NCBI GenBank assembly: GCA_002633005.1
Contig: NMRA01000031.1
Location: 1,318,858 to 1,382,857 of the forward strand
DNA from: Phoronis australis
Taxonomy: Eukaryota; Animalia; Phoronida
Length of the DNA: 64,000 nt
Direction of reading: 5' to 3'
Part shown: positions 50,801-64,000 of the stretch, piece after piece
Layout: each line of letters opens with the position of its first letter
Numbering within the stretch: the stretch's first letter is position 1
The notes under the pieces: generated by a model
The model's input: only the letters and a program-made list of their open reading frames with translations
The model's database searches: none
Told to the model about the DNA's origin: nothing
Position numbers and translations under genes: made by a program

Positions 50801-53800
50801 ATTGAGTACTTGATGAAACTTGTTGACCTCAGTCATAGAGCAAGCAGAAGCAATCTGACAACAGTTATTGGTCACTGAACAAATTTACATTAATCCTCTA
50901 GTTGATGCGTCACCATGGTGATAGATGAACATGATGTCCTGGCATTCCATAGTAGAGACATCAGTTAAGTACCACTGCACTAACAGCAGACAGCAGCCAA
51001 TCAAAATTGAACAGAAATGGTATTGGCAAGGCAGTACTAATGCTCCATCAGTTCTGCCATGAGTTTAACACTTGACCACAACTGTACATCCTGTGTTTTT
51101 CAATACTGCCACTTCCCTAGCTCAGCTTCACAGTCACACCAGATGACTCCAACAGCATATGGCGATCATGAGTGGGCAGACAATAGTCTGTTACTGTTTG
51201 TAAGAACAATTGTTAAAGTCTGATCTTTCAGTGTTTCATCTACAGTGACCTCACCTCATCCACCAGATGTGAGTTCCAGGTCTGTAGTCCACCAAGAGAC
51301 CAGCATTAAACGAGGTCAGAAGACTTCCACCTCATTGGGTTCAAGGAATCTTCAAGGTCAAATGTTACAGTTTTGCAGCAATAGGAAACACACGATGACC
51401 ATGACGAAAAATCATGAACAAAATGGCAAAAATGGCAAAACATTTCACATAGGGTCTCCCTGCTGAATTTGTTTGCAGCTGAAATGAGCAAGCCTCAATG
51501 GGTGAAACAGAATGCAATGTCCAAAATGTTTAACAAAAGAAATCTTTAGAATGCATTTAAGACCTTTGAATATAGATCTTCAGCTTGGCTAACAACTAAT
51601 AATAGGTAAAGCACTTGGCCAGTACAGTCTCAAGTTCAAAAGCATGCATTGAAGGGCCACATCTCCAGATTGTCCTATTGTAAAAAGGACGGTTTGGACA
51701 GGACGGCCAAGGCCAGAAAAAGAAGACAAAGATGGATCAGAAATTCAATGACGCCCCACTCATTAATTTTACTAAAACAGTTAGCAACCTGATTACAATA
51801 AATATTCTGTGAAAACAGGATTGGTGAGTGTAACTTCACATAGTTTGTATATGCTCATGACATAGCCATTTTTTGTTTGAAAGTGGTCAGTAAGCGAGTT
51901 CTCTACATGCAATCAACACTTGAATTTTGACGGCTAAATCTTGGTAAGAAATCTGCCAAAATGATTGTATTATTCTTTGATATATTTTATATGGTTATCA
52001 TGAGGCATTTCTCGTACCCATCGGCCCAGAAAATATCCTCAGCTGTAGAACACTGTCCACCAGAGATCCTGATGATGCCAGTCTTCTAGCAAAGCAGCAT
52101 GTCATGGTAACTACTTGCTAATAGGAGTCGTGATATATTAAAAGGTCTTTATACTACATAATTCTACTGCCTAAAACCTTTGAACCCATAGTTTGTTGTA
52201 GCTTGAATTTCTTATTTTTTGTTAAAAGTCATTTCATTCCAATTAACTGCCAACTCAACAAGAGCAAACCTTTTCAAATTTGTTCATTTCTCATCACTGA
52301 CTGTATTTTGAACAATTCACATGAAAAAAATCTCACCAACTTAGGATACATGGAATTTTAATTTCTCATTTTTCCTAAATAATACACAGTGGCAAAATCA
52401 TGCTTTCCCATACCCAGGTTCTTCACCATAGCGACCAAAAAACAACATTTTGAAAAAATTTCGGATCAATTTTAGAAGCCCTTGAAAAACAAAGAAAGCG
52501 CTGTTTTGGCAATTATTTTTCTAAAATTAGTGAGATTTTAACCGTAAAATGCCAGGCGAATAGCCCCTTTGCACATGAAACTCATTCTCTGAGCACCAAA
52601 ATCACTCTTAGACTGAGACATGTTACATAACTATCACTACACCCCAACAATAATAAGACACTTTTCCTCAGTGCTACAAATATGCCAACCAAAACACTGG
52701 TGGTTTTGGGTTATCTCAAACTGCCAGCAAAGGGACAACAGCAACTGTTCACATGCACCACACTGACTTTTTTACAAGCAACGAAAGCTCTAACCATTGA
52801 CAACGGTAGGAATTTAGCTAGTATGTTAACAGGGTAAGTAATACCATTCATAATGTACAGAAACCCTGGCAGCCAAAGAAGCTGTTAATATAGGTTATGT
52901 TGAGATGATAATGTATCTTAAAATCGAATATACCAGGTATCCATGGTAACTAACCTAATAATTTCATGCACAGATTTGATCAAGTTGTCAGCAAAACACC
53001 ATAAAACACCCAAGAGATTCATCTTTCCAGAACTGATGTTCTGTAAACTGCAGCCAAGGATTTTAATATTGCAACCCATGAACAAAGGTGAAATTTATAA
53101 ACCAGAACAGTATACTTTAAAGGCTAAAAGTGTAAAATGTGTTCCTCAAGGATAAACTCTGACAGAGAAATTCAAAATTAAGTAAATATTTTCAAAAAAA
53201 AGAAACAGTTGCGATCACTTTTTTGTGGTCACTGATTCTTGAGATGAAATGCTAACTAAAATCTGGAGAGCAAAATTTTGAAATTCACTTTCTAAAGATC
53301 ATTAGATCTTATATTACGAGTACAAGGAATCTCACATGGCCATCTCCTGATGGTGCACAAGGGAGGGGGGGNNNNNNNNNNNNNNNNNNNNNNNNNNNNN
53401 NNNNNNNNTGGGGGGTTCTGCAACTGTCTAACACAGTGTTTGGATATCTCAGGTTCTATGCTCTGTAAAGTTACTTTTACAGAGTCCCAAACTGAAGAAT
53501 TTCATTTAGATGAATCAAACCTACAACACCATGCCAGACTGTACATGTCAGTTATCTTCAACTCACCACAAAATAAGGACACAAACATTATAACAACCTG
53601 CTCCAGACAACATACCAGTCAAGATAACAATTATCTTCCTGCCATTATCAAGGCATATGATTCATTGAGGGGCAGGGTAGACTGAGAAAGAGCAGGGGCA
53701 GGGTAGACTGAGAAAGAGCAACAGCTTCAACAGCCTATTTTGACTGTCACTGTGAGGAGCTGCAATTATGCTGTGACGAGTTTGGCTTACTTGCGTCTAG

Positions 53801-56800
53801 TTTGACAGCCAGTGAAATGAGTTTGAGATGGGAGCAAATACAGTTCGAACTTATGGTATCAGTTCAACGTATTCATTCCAATATTCAACACACACACTCT
53901 GCACAGAATGGATGAACAGTTGAACAAGTATGACTTTTGTAATTANNNNNNNNNNNNNNNNNNNNNNNNNNNNNNNNNNNNNNNNNNNNNNNNNNNNNNN
54001 NNNNNNNNNNNNNNNNNNNNNNNNNNNNNNNNNNNNNNNNNNNNNNNNNNNNNNNNNNNNNNNNNNNNNNGGGGGGGGGGGGGTTCTCCAACTGTCTAAC
54101 ATAGTGTTTGGATATCTCAGGTTCTACGCTCTGTACAGTTACTTTTGCCGAGTCCCAAACTGAAGAATTTCATTTAGATCAATCAAAGGTACAACACCAT
54201 GCCAGACTGTCCATGTCAGTTATTTTCAACTCACCACAAAATAAGGACACAAACATTATAACAACCTGCTCCAGACAACATACCAGTCAAGATAACAATT
54301 ATCTTTCTGCCATTATCAAGACATATGATTCATTGAGGGGCAGGGTAGACTGAGAAAGAGCAGGGGCAGGGTAGACTGAGAAAGAGCAAAGTATTTATAC
54401 CTTCGTGCTTCCACAGCCTATTTCGACTATGTCACTGCGTGGAGTTAGAATTTTGCCATTGAAGAGTTTGGCTTACTTGCGTCTAGTTTGACAGCCAGTG
54501 CTGTGAGTTTGGGATGGGAACAAAATATACATTTCGGACTTATGTTACCAGTTCAATGTATTTATTCCAATAGGTAACACACACACACACACACACTGGG
54601 CACAGAGTGGATGAACAGTCGAACGTGTACGACTTCTGTAATTACCATCAAGTTTGAATTTTCAACAAACATATCAATGCAACAGGGTAGCGATGCAATT
54701 GCATGGCATGAGAAGGAACAGAAAGTCTTAAATGTAGCCAAAAGAAACTTTGACAGGTTAAGACGAACTGGATTGAACAAAGACAGAGTAACGACTCTGC
54801 CCCCTGCCAACAGCAGGATGAATACAGCACCCAGAGCCTTGTTGCTGTGGTCTCTAACTAGGTACCTACCTGTAGCTGAAAATGACATCATGGCCTGTCA
54901 ACTTACAAGTGTACACCTAGGTAATACACCTACATTGATTATAACCTTATCAGGCGTAAACAGATTACAAACAAACTTATCAATATACTATACTGTGTTC
55001 TGCTACCTACTAGAATTGTTGTGGTAGATTTATGGATTAGAGGACAGCCTCATTGAAATCAATATATGGTAGGCACACACACACACATACACACAGACAC
55101 ATACACACATACACAGACACACAGACACACAGACACACACACACACACACACAAAGTCAGAAGACAATAATTACATCAAAATGCCTTTCAAAGTTTGTGT
55201 TGACTTCCAAACTTTAAAATACTAACAGTTTTCCTAGATGTAATACCACTGGTTCACAACTGTTTTGTTTATTTCGTGAATCATTATATTTGCTACCGTT
55301 AGCAGTCGGCACACATCAAACACATGCTTACAGGAAGTAAAGAGATTGAAGTTGAAATTGTTCGGCAAAAATTGGTGAAACACGCATCTCCTGCGATTGT
55401 CTGTGTTCTATCTGCACTGGCAGGAGAAATTGAGTTGGAGATTGAACGGTGGATATTTTTACGGATAGAAATTGAAGAGGTACGCATAAGTTTTTAAGAA
55501 CGGAGTACGGCACGGCTGTTTATAGTCGACAGTTTCGACGAAACGTTTGATGACCTCAGATTTTGTTTGGTGACCTGAGAATTTCGCCAAGTCGCCAAAT
55601 GCAATTTGCCATCAAGCTAAGAGTCAAGCACTGAACTAAAAACATTCAGACAGGAGAAAATCAAAATTCAATCAATGACCTCTGTAGACGTGTAAAACAT
55701 GGATAAGATTGAAAGATCTTCATGGAATGAGGAAACCCCAAAACACTCGTGCTACCCATCAATCTGTCTATCCAGCATCCATTAAGAAAGGTGACTCACT
55801 AAGGCCCTATGGGAACAAAATACACCTGGATTATGACGTCTCCATGAGTCATGCACTGGTGTACTTGACTTAAAGGAAGTGTTTTCAACAGCTAGAAGCA
55901 CTTCTATCGATTAAATTCATTTGACAGATATCACTGCTTTTAGATGTTCAAAACTAACTAAAACTATGTCTACACCACGATCCTTTAGTGTGGTCATGTT
56001 TATGAGGCGCAATCCACAACCTTTTCAATTAAAATGTTTTTAGAACTATTAATTTCATCTAAGCAGCAGACAGTAGTGTATAATAAAAACAATACACATA
56101 CCTACCTTCAAACCACTCATCACTATGGGGTCCTATCACAGAATACAGAGAATAGGAGTGATTTTGTGGCTTAGGAAGAACTGGGCAATTGGCCACAAAA
56201 GCAAATTTACACAAATTAACAGTAGCGTAGATTCAAATCCTCTATCTCGACAGCAGCAGCAGTGCCCCAGGCTCTGCCACTGAGTCAAATCCTACACACA
56301 AATAGCACTGGGGTATTTTAAGTGTATTTAATGATATCTCAAACCTTATTCACAAAAATTGTCCGTTTTTATATTTCACATGTTAAGCAAAATACCTTAT
56401 CTTCATTCTTGGGGGAAATTCAAATACGAATTATATACCGTGCAACGAGAAAAAAGATTTAGCAGAACTACCTTCATCCGTGTGGAAATTAGTTTACTTT
56501 GTTGAATCTCCTGATTGTCTTGTGCACAATTCACAGTCCTTTAATTCACCGATTCCCTATAAGATTGAGTTAACGATGTGTACATAGCACGTAAAGATGC
56601 CACGGAAAACGAAAGCATAACGTATTCTTGATCATGATTGAGTTACAGTTCTGTGTACATACGCCTGTTATTTGACAATGTCAGCATGGGCACACCTGGT
56701 GGGGGGGGGGGGCTCGGGGGTCTTGAATGAGCCTCCTAATTTGGCAAATCGGGCAAAAAGGTCCGCCTCAGTGAAAAAGAAGTCCCGAGTAAACAACACG

Positions 56801-59800
56801 AAAGTCCACAAAGGACACAGGAAATCAGCACAGATGCACAATTTGTAGGCCTAAACCTAGTGGCCCCATTTTTTTAGTCCTCGTTGATTTTGTTCAGTAT
56901 AAGGGCCCCATACCGAGAAATTTGAGCCCCCTATATTTTAGGCTGGGTGCGCTCATGGTTATGACAAATGCATCGAGTCGCTGCACGGCGTCTGGCATAA
57001 CATGAACACACCAAGCTGTGAAGAAAGATAAAACTTAACCCAAATTAATTTACTACCAATATTCAATTTTAATATTTATTCAATCTCAAAAACAGCTTTC
57101 CTTTTAAATGACCACGTTTGAGCACCATTCGATATATGAATACGACTGCTATTATTTACAAAAGTACCCCACGGTTTGCAAGGTAATCTGCCATAGAAAC
57201 AAAACTAAATGAGCCATCAAAAACTAAGAGTTTCATTAAATTGAATAAGGAGTTGTTTAGCTATGAATGTACCTTTCTTAAAATGAAAATTTTACTTGAT
57301 GAATGTTTATTTGTTGGATCACCTTTACACACCAGACACCCTTAGGAATGGTTAGGCTTGTTTACAGTTGTCCAAGTCACCTCAAGAATCCTTAGAAGGT
57401 GGTCATTCAGACCCATGGTCATTGACACTACTTTAGTCTTTCCGTTCTTTGATCTCGCAATGACACAAAATGACGCGAAAACAGTACTAGAACTGCACTT
57501 ATGTTTCACTTAACAACTTACATAAGAGTAATTTAAATGTTTTCATGTTTATGAAGTATTGCTGTTACTACCTGTGTAGTCAACTACTTCTAAAATCAGT
57601 TCAAGAAGGCTTTAACAATTCACCTAGACAATTTGAATCATACAGTCATCTCAAAGAGATTCTTTTGAAATTCCCAAATTCCTATCACTTTCCACATGTT
57701 ATCAACAAAAATTATCTGCGCACATATCAGACCACGAAAACTAACTACCTGCCAGTACAATGGTCAACATCCAAAGCAGACGGAACAACACGGATACTCT
57801 ACTCACCCATAATTTGCTCACAAAATACGGAAGATACATTCACACAAAATTATGATGGAAAATTCATAGAAACAGGGTGCAACTTCAAGGAACCTATACA
57901 CATTTCTCAGATAATTTTCACCAGATGGTGAATCCAGTCGTGCAAAACGCCACGACTAGTATATAGAACACTTGATGGAAGAATAGAGCACAGGTCACCT
58001 GCATCAAGCACCAGTAAAGAATTGTGTGACGTAATGGGTACCGGTGGGACCCTCCTGTGTTGGTCTTCATTTGAAACCTTCCTCATGGCACACTGCCTCC
58101 CCTCACAGTCATGGGGCAGACACAGCAGGACTCCTGTGAATCTTAGCATGAGAATTTTATATCCATATGTAGGGGAGCCTGGGTTATAATGGAATGCAAA
58201 GACAAGGATACGTCCAGAACATCACAAGTTAGGTGATTCAAGCCATTGTTGACAGAACAATGGGAGCATTATAGGCCACTGAACAGAGAAATAAGGTACA
58301 CAGAACAGGTAGGGTCAGACAGGCAGACAGCTAGCCACCTGTGAAACAGTGTGTCACAGGTTGATAAGCAGTTGATGGGAAGTGGATGAGTCACATTATG
58401 AAATGAAATTGTGTGGTGTTTAGGTACTTAAATTTAACTTGAAAACAATCTCTTGAACAAGATTACTTTCTGCTATTCTGTCTCGCATAACAAGGAATTT
58501 CTGAGCTTGGGAAGAATTGAGTAATTGTTCTTGAGAAAGACTGAACAACTAAATGGTACCTTGTCATCTAAAGTGTCAAAAGCATTTGGCTGTCAGATGA
58601 AAGGCTGGTTTCAAGCAGGAACATTATTCAGATTATCTTAAAACATGCTGGTATTAACTGCCTTGTTAACATAACAACTCCTCCAGACATACAATGACAT
58701 CTACCCACATCTGCACTGCCAGCTCTGTTATCTTTCACAAGGCTTTCACCATTTTACTACTAAATACCTACCCCTATTTACATGGGAAACAATTAGAATT
58801 CAAGTCCCCAGCAAAATCCTAACTGTGAAGCCTGACACTGCGTGCAATCAGCCACAAGAGGACATAGACTGATGCAGCGGATTTAGAAGGGAGCCATGGC
58901 CCCTAAAATTCTCCTAGATTACATTTGGCACTTCAGGGGTGCGAATGTCTGACGGGCAAAATCCTGGCCAATGCTCTGCCCTAGCCCCCTAACTCAAAAT
59001 CCTGGATCCGCCCCAGAATGCATTCAACTGACAAAGTTTGAAAATATCCATCCACTGTTAAAGAAGCCCTTCTAGTCGGATGTTGAGGGCAAACTAATTA
59101 CAATTTGAGCAAATGTAATCATAAAAAATTAAGACGTAAATTTTACATTGACTTAATATCCCATCTTCTCAGTTTAGGCTCACAAACAAAACATCTCACA
59201 ACATTTACACACCCCTCTCAGTCTAATACAACTTACTTGAGGAGACATCTACTGCCCTCCAGAGCAGCACTACAAAACCAGTTCCTCACCTGGTGGGATT
59301 GCTCATAACTCTGCCAGGGTGGTTAGATCATTAACCCAGTGACAACACACTGGTGACATAACAGGGCATAAGTCTATTCAGGCCAGCTCAATAAATCAAT
59401 GTTGGTTCAGCCCCTGGCAATTCATTGAATAAACATGGCTACTGAGCAGCTAACAGTTAGCCCCACATGAGTGACATCTATTAGCCACTTTATGAACTTT
59501 CAAGTTGGGTGAGTGATGCTGAGTACACCGTAACATCAGAGCAGAGGCAGATTCTGAATTTCAGTTCGTGCGCAGAAGGTTATAGCATCATCTACAGCTC
59601 AGGCTAAGGGACTTCCGTAGTACTGGACTTGCCTATGAACCATTTCAGGGTCAGTCCAGAGGACGGGTCCAGGAAGCCCAGACCATCCATCCTACCACAG
59701 TCACTTTTACATTGCTATTGTGGAGGAATTACATGCACTACATGTTTGTCCATTGCCGAAGACTCCTGAACAAAATCCTACATCAACACCTGAATTTGTT

Positions 59801-61172
59801 CAAGTGTCAAAGGGTTCCACACTACACAGTTGCTCACAACTAACTTAAGTGATTGTCATACTACAGTTAAGAAATTAGTAATTCATGGAAAAATCTTCAT
59901 TACCAGACACGGTCAAATAGTCATTCATAACCACAGTGTCACACAAAGTAGTCAAAACTAACAATTTTCTAGCCTCAAAACAAGCCAACCCTTACCTGTC
60001 ATGTGACTGTTGACAGTCTCTGAGCGGATCATGCTCAGTTCCATCTGCGTTGGATTGTACATACTCATAATGGCTCGACCAGGCAACGTTGTGCTCTTGT
60101 TACGCACTGGTGATCCCTCAGGTGACTGGTTGGTGATGGTTCCAGATTCAAACCGTTTAATGATATCGCGCACACTGGAAGTCTTCGATTGGCCGACCAA
60201 GTGAATGTTAGCATCTGAACAGCGGCTGTTTATAGAAGAGTTACTAGCAAACTTCAGCTCAAGCTGAGCTCTCAAAGCGACTACACTGGGTCTAGACTGC
60301 CTGCTCGGGGAGTCGAAGGCTGTAGGCAGGTCTCCAAGGGTACTAGTTGTGAGACTGTTAGAGTCCTTGATTGAACTGTGCATTGCAGGCTGTTGACTGT
60401 GAGAGATGGGAGTCTCTGCACTGATATTTCCACTCTCGTCATGTGGTGACCTCTTTGGAGTACTTTGTACATTGGGTGAGAAGCTCGACTGAGTGAGGGT
60501 AGGCTGCGCATTATCACGAGCATCCACAAAATCAGTCGTCTGAACACCAAAGTTCGGGGAACATAACGGAGAACGCAGGCTCTTGTAGCGACGTGACTGA
60601 ACGTAGTTCTTGTCTCTACGGTGACGGAATGAATGACTTTGATTACGTTGGAATGAGTGAGAGATAGAGGCATTACCTGCCAGCAGGGTCTCCTCATAGT
60701 GGCTTGGGGGCATGGGGGAATGGACTATGCCCTCTGGGGGAATGTCCTGGATAAATGATTCATGGAGAGAGCTACCACCAGTTTGGTCTGACAAAATAGC
60801 AGACACGTCATGACTGGCAGCAGTCAGTTCAGCTGTCATGCTTTTCATGAGTTCAAGAGTTACATCCGGATAAGTATCCTCCAGGTTATCTTTAATTATT
60901 TCATCGTAAGTCAGTGTGACAGAGTGGTCGTAACTCTTCCGGACGATTGATTTGATCGGTGACCGTATTCCATCTCTATCCGAAGATCTGGATTTAGTTG
61001 AGTTGCCCCGGCTAAGCGATCCAGTTCCATTGATAGTCGGCATGATGGAAGAATCACATGACTCGAAGCCCAAATCTGAGCTCTCTTCAACCGACACTCC
61101 ACCGTACTTCCTGCCTTTTCTTGACTTGGTCGCTTGACCTTTGCCCCCGGTTTTCTTTGGAGACCTGCTCAT
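35802..61172 (-). CDS. DLGAP: Disks large-associated protein (DLGAP/SAPAP/GKAP family), at least 761 aa
   Basis: Exons 61172-59996, 42478-41970, 40877-40772, 40409-40318, 39732-39580, 38517-38430, 35962-35802; phases compatible, 2286 nt open. GKAP/GH1 domain DGNYFLKLV...LPEDASGFIRAAVGKANLLMSQKFEQFRSLC...TTSQDLAGFWDMVELQVEDV...KSNNW and tail AREEARKRLLAAKRA...EIFLPE. Further exons in the 17-kb intron cannot be excluded. Confidence 0.85.
36715..38110. repeat. Diverged internally repetitive element in the last DLGAP intron
   Basis: Recurring aaa(c/t)tgccactag..ggc.ccacagta.tcaga motif at about 36720, 36863, 37920 and 38062, each followed by catctgccaa-like blocks. Confidence 0.5.
47188..47385. 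repeat. 31-bp minisatellite, about 6.5 copies
   Basis: Unit gacagtagagtcttcctgctagtaccagaag in direct tandem, no spacers. Confidence 0.9.
47548..47702. mobile_element. Family C palindromic repeat (alternating inverted units)
   Basis: gcatcaaactggttctcaaaat and attttgagaaccagttt alternate; same motif as 26998-27093. Confidence 0.65.
49120..49280. repeat. Tandem repeat of about 60 bp, about 2.5 copies
   Basis: tactatg.gccattgtatctag.ctag.cctcaa.atga.atacccggtaca repeated. Confidence 0.75.
49628..49962. mobile_element. Dispersed repeat family B, copy 2
   Basis: Colinear with 23715-24085. Confidence 0.7.
50900..51230 (+). pseudogene. Highly decayed non-LTR retrotransposon (CR1/L2-like) reverse transcriptase fragment
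   Basis: Frameshifted remnants in the expected order: AFHS (AFD), NSRQQPIKI (RxQxV), QLYILC (LGPxLF), TPDDS (YADD), WADNSLLLF (W...N.m.FN). Confidence 0.4.
53409..54643. repeat. Tandem duplication of about 550 bp, bracketed by gaps (possibly two haplotypes)
   Basis: 53409-53945 and 54071-54643 are near-identical, and each starts with poly-G right after an N gap. Confidence 0.85.
55074..55152. repeat. (CA)n-type microsatellite
   Basis: Interrupted CA run; a shorter one lies at about 54578-54595. Confidence 0.95.
56686..56957. mobile_element. MITE-like dispersed repeat, family A, copy 2
   Basis: Inverted termini catgggcacacc...ggtgcgctcatg; colinear with 698-966. Confidence 0.65.
58873..59014. 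mobile_element. Short MITE with GCGGAT...ATCCGC termini
   Basis: Imperfect terminal inverted repeats gcggatttaga ... cctggatccgc. Confidence 0.45.
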
Positions 61173-63249
61173 TGTATCAAGCTACCAACCATCTTCATCA
61201 GGGGTGAGAGTTCACCTAATAACAAACATAGAGAACTTCGTTTACCTGAATGTAAAGTAATTTTATAACAGAAGCAAAACAACTCCAGTTCTACTATTAT
61301 GCTTAAAAATCATGTCGTCTGATGGCAAAACAAAGTTGGCTTTATCATAATATAAAAAAACAAGTTGTATAAAAAGCGGGAGAGTATGAATAATTTCTAC
61401 TGCAATGGTAATCGGACTATCTATGGGGTGGTGAAAAGGAAGGGTTTCTAGTTTGCAAACACTGCTACGTGAACCCTTCATTTTACTGGAGGTTGCATTT
61501 TTGGCCTTTGAAAAATCGTTGGTATGTATTGCATTCTTGACCTGGTACATGTAGGTCTATTGTTTTTTTCTTAGTGAATTTCCCTGTTTTGAATTTCGTT
61601 CAAATCCTGATTAAAATTTTTTGAAAGTGACCTATATTTGTATCTTGCTGCAACACAGTTTCAAGATAATTCTACACTGACAAAATTTCAAATTCTGCAG
61701 TATACCTAATTCACGTTTAGTCCACATTCTTGATGATACCAGTCAGAGCCCAGATATCAATCTGTCCTTTGTCAACCACCAAGCAGTCTTTTGTCCGATG
61801 TCAAGACACAAATGCCAATTATCTACCACCAGGAAGACACTACCAGGAATGGTAAATGGTAATGTCTTCCTGCTACCACATTATTTGCCCTGTACAACAC
61901 AATAGGAGCTTAGATCAACTTTCGTAAAATCAAGGGTGGACAGCGACGCCGGTTTTCCCGCATGATCCAGAGAAGCATTGTCCAACAACAGGATACCACT
62001 GAATGGCCGAGTTTCATAACGTGGGCAACATGAATTTTCTGTTTGGGAAAGTAAATCTTGAGTGGACTTACCCGAAGGGCAAGTGAAAGACAATTCTAGT
62101 GTCAATCCCTACTCAGATGGATGGATTTCTTCAAATTCAGATTCCCTATTACGGTAAGGGTAACTTATAAAATTGAATGCCTTCCCAAAGGACAACTAGA
62201 TGTTCTACTTAATTCGAAGACAAGAGTCGGAAACAACACTACCAAAAATGCCCATGAATGGATCACCTTCAATACTGAATTAACCCCTCCTGTAAGATGT
62301 TTTTCATCCAAACCATGTGAAAAGATGACTTTTCATAGAAGCTCCCAGAAAATGGGTGCCATTTTTACGTCTGCTATCTAGAAGGGTGGGAATCCTACTT
62401 GTCCAGCTGCTCTTGCCCATCAAAAACAAACTTAATTCTCTGTCGCACTACAACAGCTCCTACCTGCGTCAGAAAAATACTTACAGAACTGTTAAAAACT
62501 CCGTTTAAACATAAATTTACTGCCAATTTCTTCAGGAAAAGGAATAAAACTTTTAGTTAAACAGAACACAAAAACAATTAATAAAAATGACTACCAATTC
62601 TAAAATTAGCCTTAAAAGCAATATCAGTGATAAGGCCTAGACATGAGATAACACCATCAAGTCCTGTAGAGACTGTAAGGTGTTCTACCCTAATGTAAAA
62701 GCTCTGGATTGATTTGATGTGTTGCTGACCTAACACTCTTTCACAGTCATAATATAACTTAGGTTTGAAATACGATTAGGGCAATACTGCACAGGTGTCC
62801 ATATGAAGACTAACTCGGGACAGTCTATACATGTAACTGAATTTCAATTAATTTAACACATATCAAGTATAACATTTTATCCTGGTAATACCTGTAGGTT
62901 GAAAGATAGATAACACCTGCCGCAAATCCCAGACATATGTCTAAAGTGATAAAATGTGGATCCTTACCACAGACATTATCCTAATAGTTATGAGGAACCA
63001 TAACATTATGTGTGACTAGGCAGTGACAAGCAAAATTTAAATTGTGTCTTTTGCTTGTCGCTTTTCTGAAATAAAATATGTTATTCCTGTTTCTAACCAA
63101 CTTTTCAATGCTAATGTTACTACGAAGTATAGTACAAATTTTCATTTTTGAAATTTCTAATTGTAAAACTATTTTGATGAAGATTTGATTTTGTCTCCAG
63201 ATTTCTGACATGATTTTTGACTAAATATTCCCTTGCTTTTTAACTTAAA

Positions 63250-63630
63250 GCTAAAATTCGTTCTGTTCAGCTGCATTAAACAAAAATTGAAATTACAAAC
63301 CGGACGATTGCCGCACAAATAAAAAGTTCATGTTCAATCAAGGTTTCGTCTATTCATCAGACATCATCAGGACCATATTTACAAAGGACAGCAAGTGCCA
63401 ACATACAGCTCAGGTAACATCCATAAAGTGAAGTGAGAGATACAAGGAATATAGTCAGTAGCTGGTCATTGCCATAGGTGCAGGGTGATGACCAGCTACT
63501 GACTATATTCCCTGTATCTCTCACTTCACTTCATTGATGTTACCTGAGGTGTATGTTGACCGATTTTATGAGAGTAAAAGGCACAATTCGATTTTTGTTT
63601 TTAGCCAGCTGAACAGAGTTTTAAAATTGC
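63250..63630. mobile_element. Large fold-back element with a near-perfect inner palindrome
   Basis: Inner hairpin 63399-63558 (caacatac...tcaggtaacatc...gtgaagtgagagataca.ggaatatagtcagtagctggtcat and its reverse complement). Outer arms tctgttcagctg...aaacaaaaat / atttttgttt...cagctgaacaga. Confidence 0.75.
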
Positions 63631-64000
63631 AAGTATGAAGAAATAAAAAATAGTAACGTGACTTTTAGATTTATTTTCTCACAAAATTAAAAAAGATTTC
63701 AGTAAGCGTAGTTTTCCTATGGATAATGATTCACAGCATGAAAGCATATTTTCAGAATCTTACAGAAAAACTGCTTTAACAAACGAGGCCAAGATTGGTT
63801 GCAATAAGTAACTGCTATAGTCACTCAAGAAGACACCTATAATAGCTGAAATGGAACAGATCTGAACGTTCCTGAGTAGTTCCTCTGAGCACTTTCATAA
63901 GACCAAAGAGTAGAAAGATTTTGCTTGTATAGAAAACAAAGATACAGAACTGTCATGGCTCTCCATACTATGTCAACTGTATGCATTCTATAATAGTGGT

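Noticed and set aside
52060-52110. Third hammerhead motif (ctgatgatgcc...gcatgtc)
   Set aside because: The essential GAAA box is missing and stem II is poor.
53409-54643. Duplicated small gene (111-aa and 81-aa ORFs)
   Set aside because: Gap-bounded near-identical blocks in an intron, likely uncollapsed haplotypes; no protein motifs.

Overview
Eukaryotic (invertebrate-animal-like, spliceosomal introns, AT-rich) draft-assembly window with several N gaps. Contents: (1) a 5' fragment of a minus-strand gene with a signal peptide at the left edge; (2) a tandem array of three related genes (about 2.7-20.5 kb). Each joins small exons encoding a STIP1/HOP TPR2A-like domain, with the Hsp90-binding carboxylate-clamp residues intact, to one intronless ~2.9-kb exon. 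That exon encodes a bacterial-type DUF294/GlnD-GlnE-like nucleotidyltransferase, its helical partner domain and a variable C-terminal TPR array. The enzyme half is near-identical between copies while the downstream helical/TPR half diverges in patches, as in immune sensor-effector families; this is the best candidate for an undescribed system. (3) A 5-coding-exon mitochondrial FASTKD/RAP-domain gene (25.1-32.5 kb, +), whose intron holds an inverted pair of Penelope-type minimal hammerhead ribozyme motifs; (4) a convergent DLGAP/SAPAP (GKAP-domain) gene (35.8-61.2 kb, -); (5) MITEs, fold-backs, minisatellites, a tRNA-like solo LTR and a decayed LINE. All calls are by-eye motif and splice-frame reconstructions; no database searches were run.
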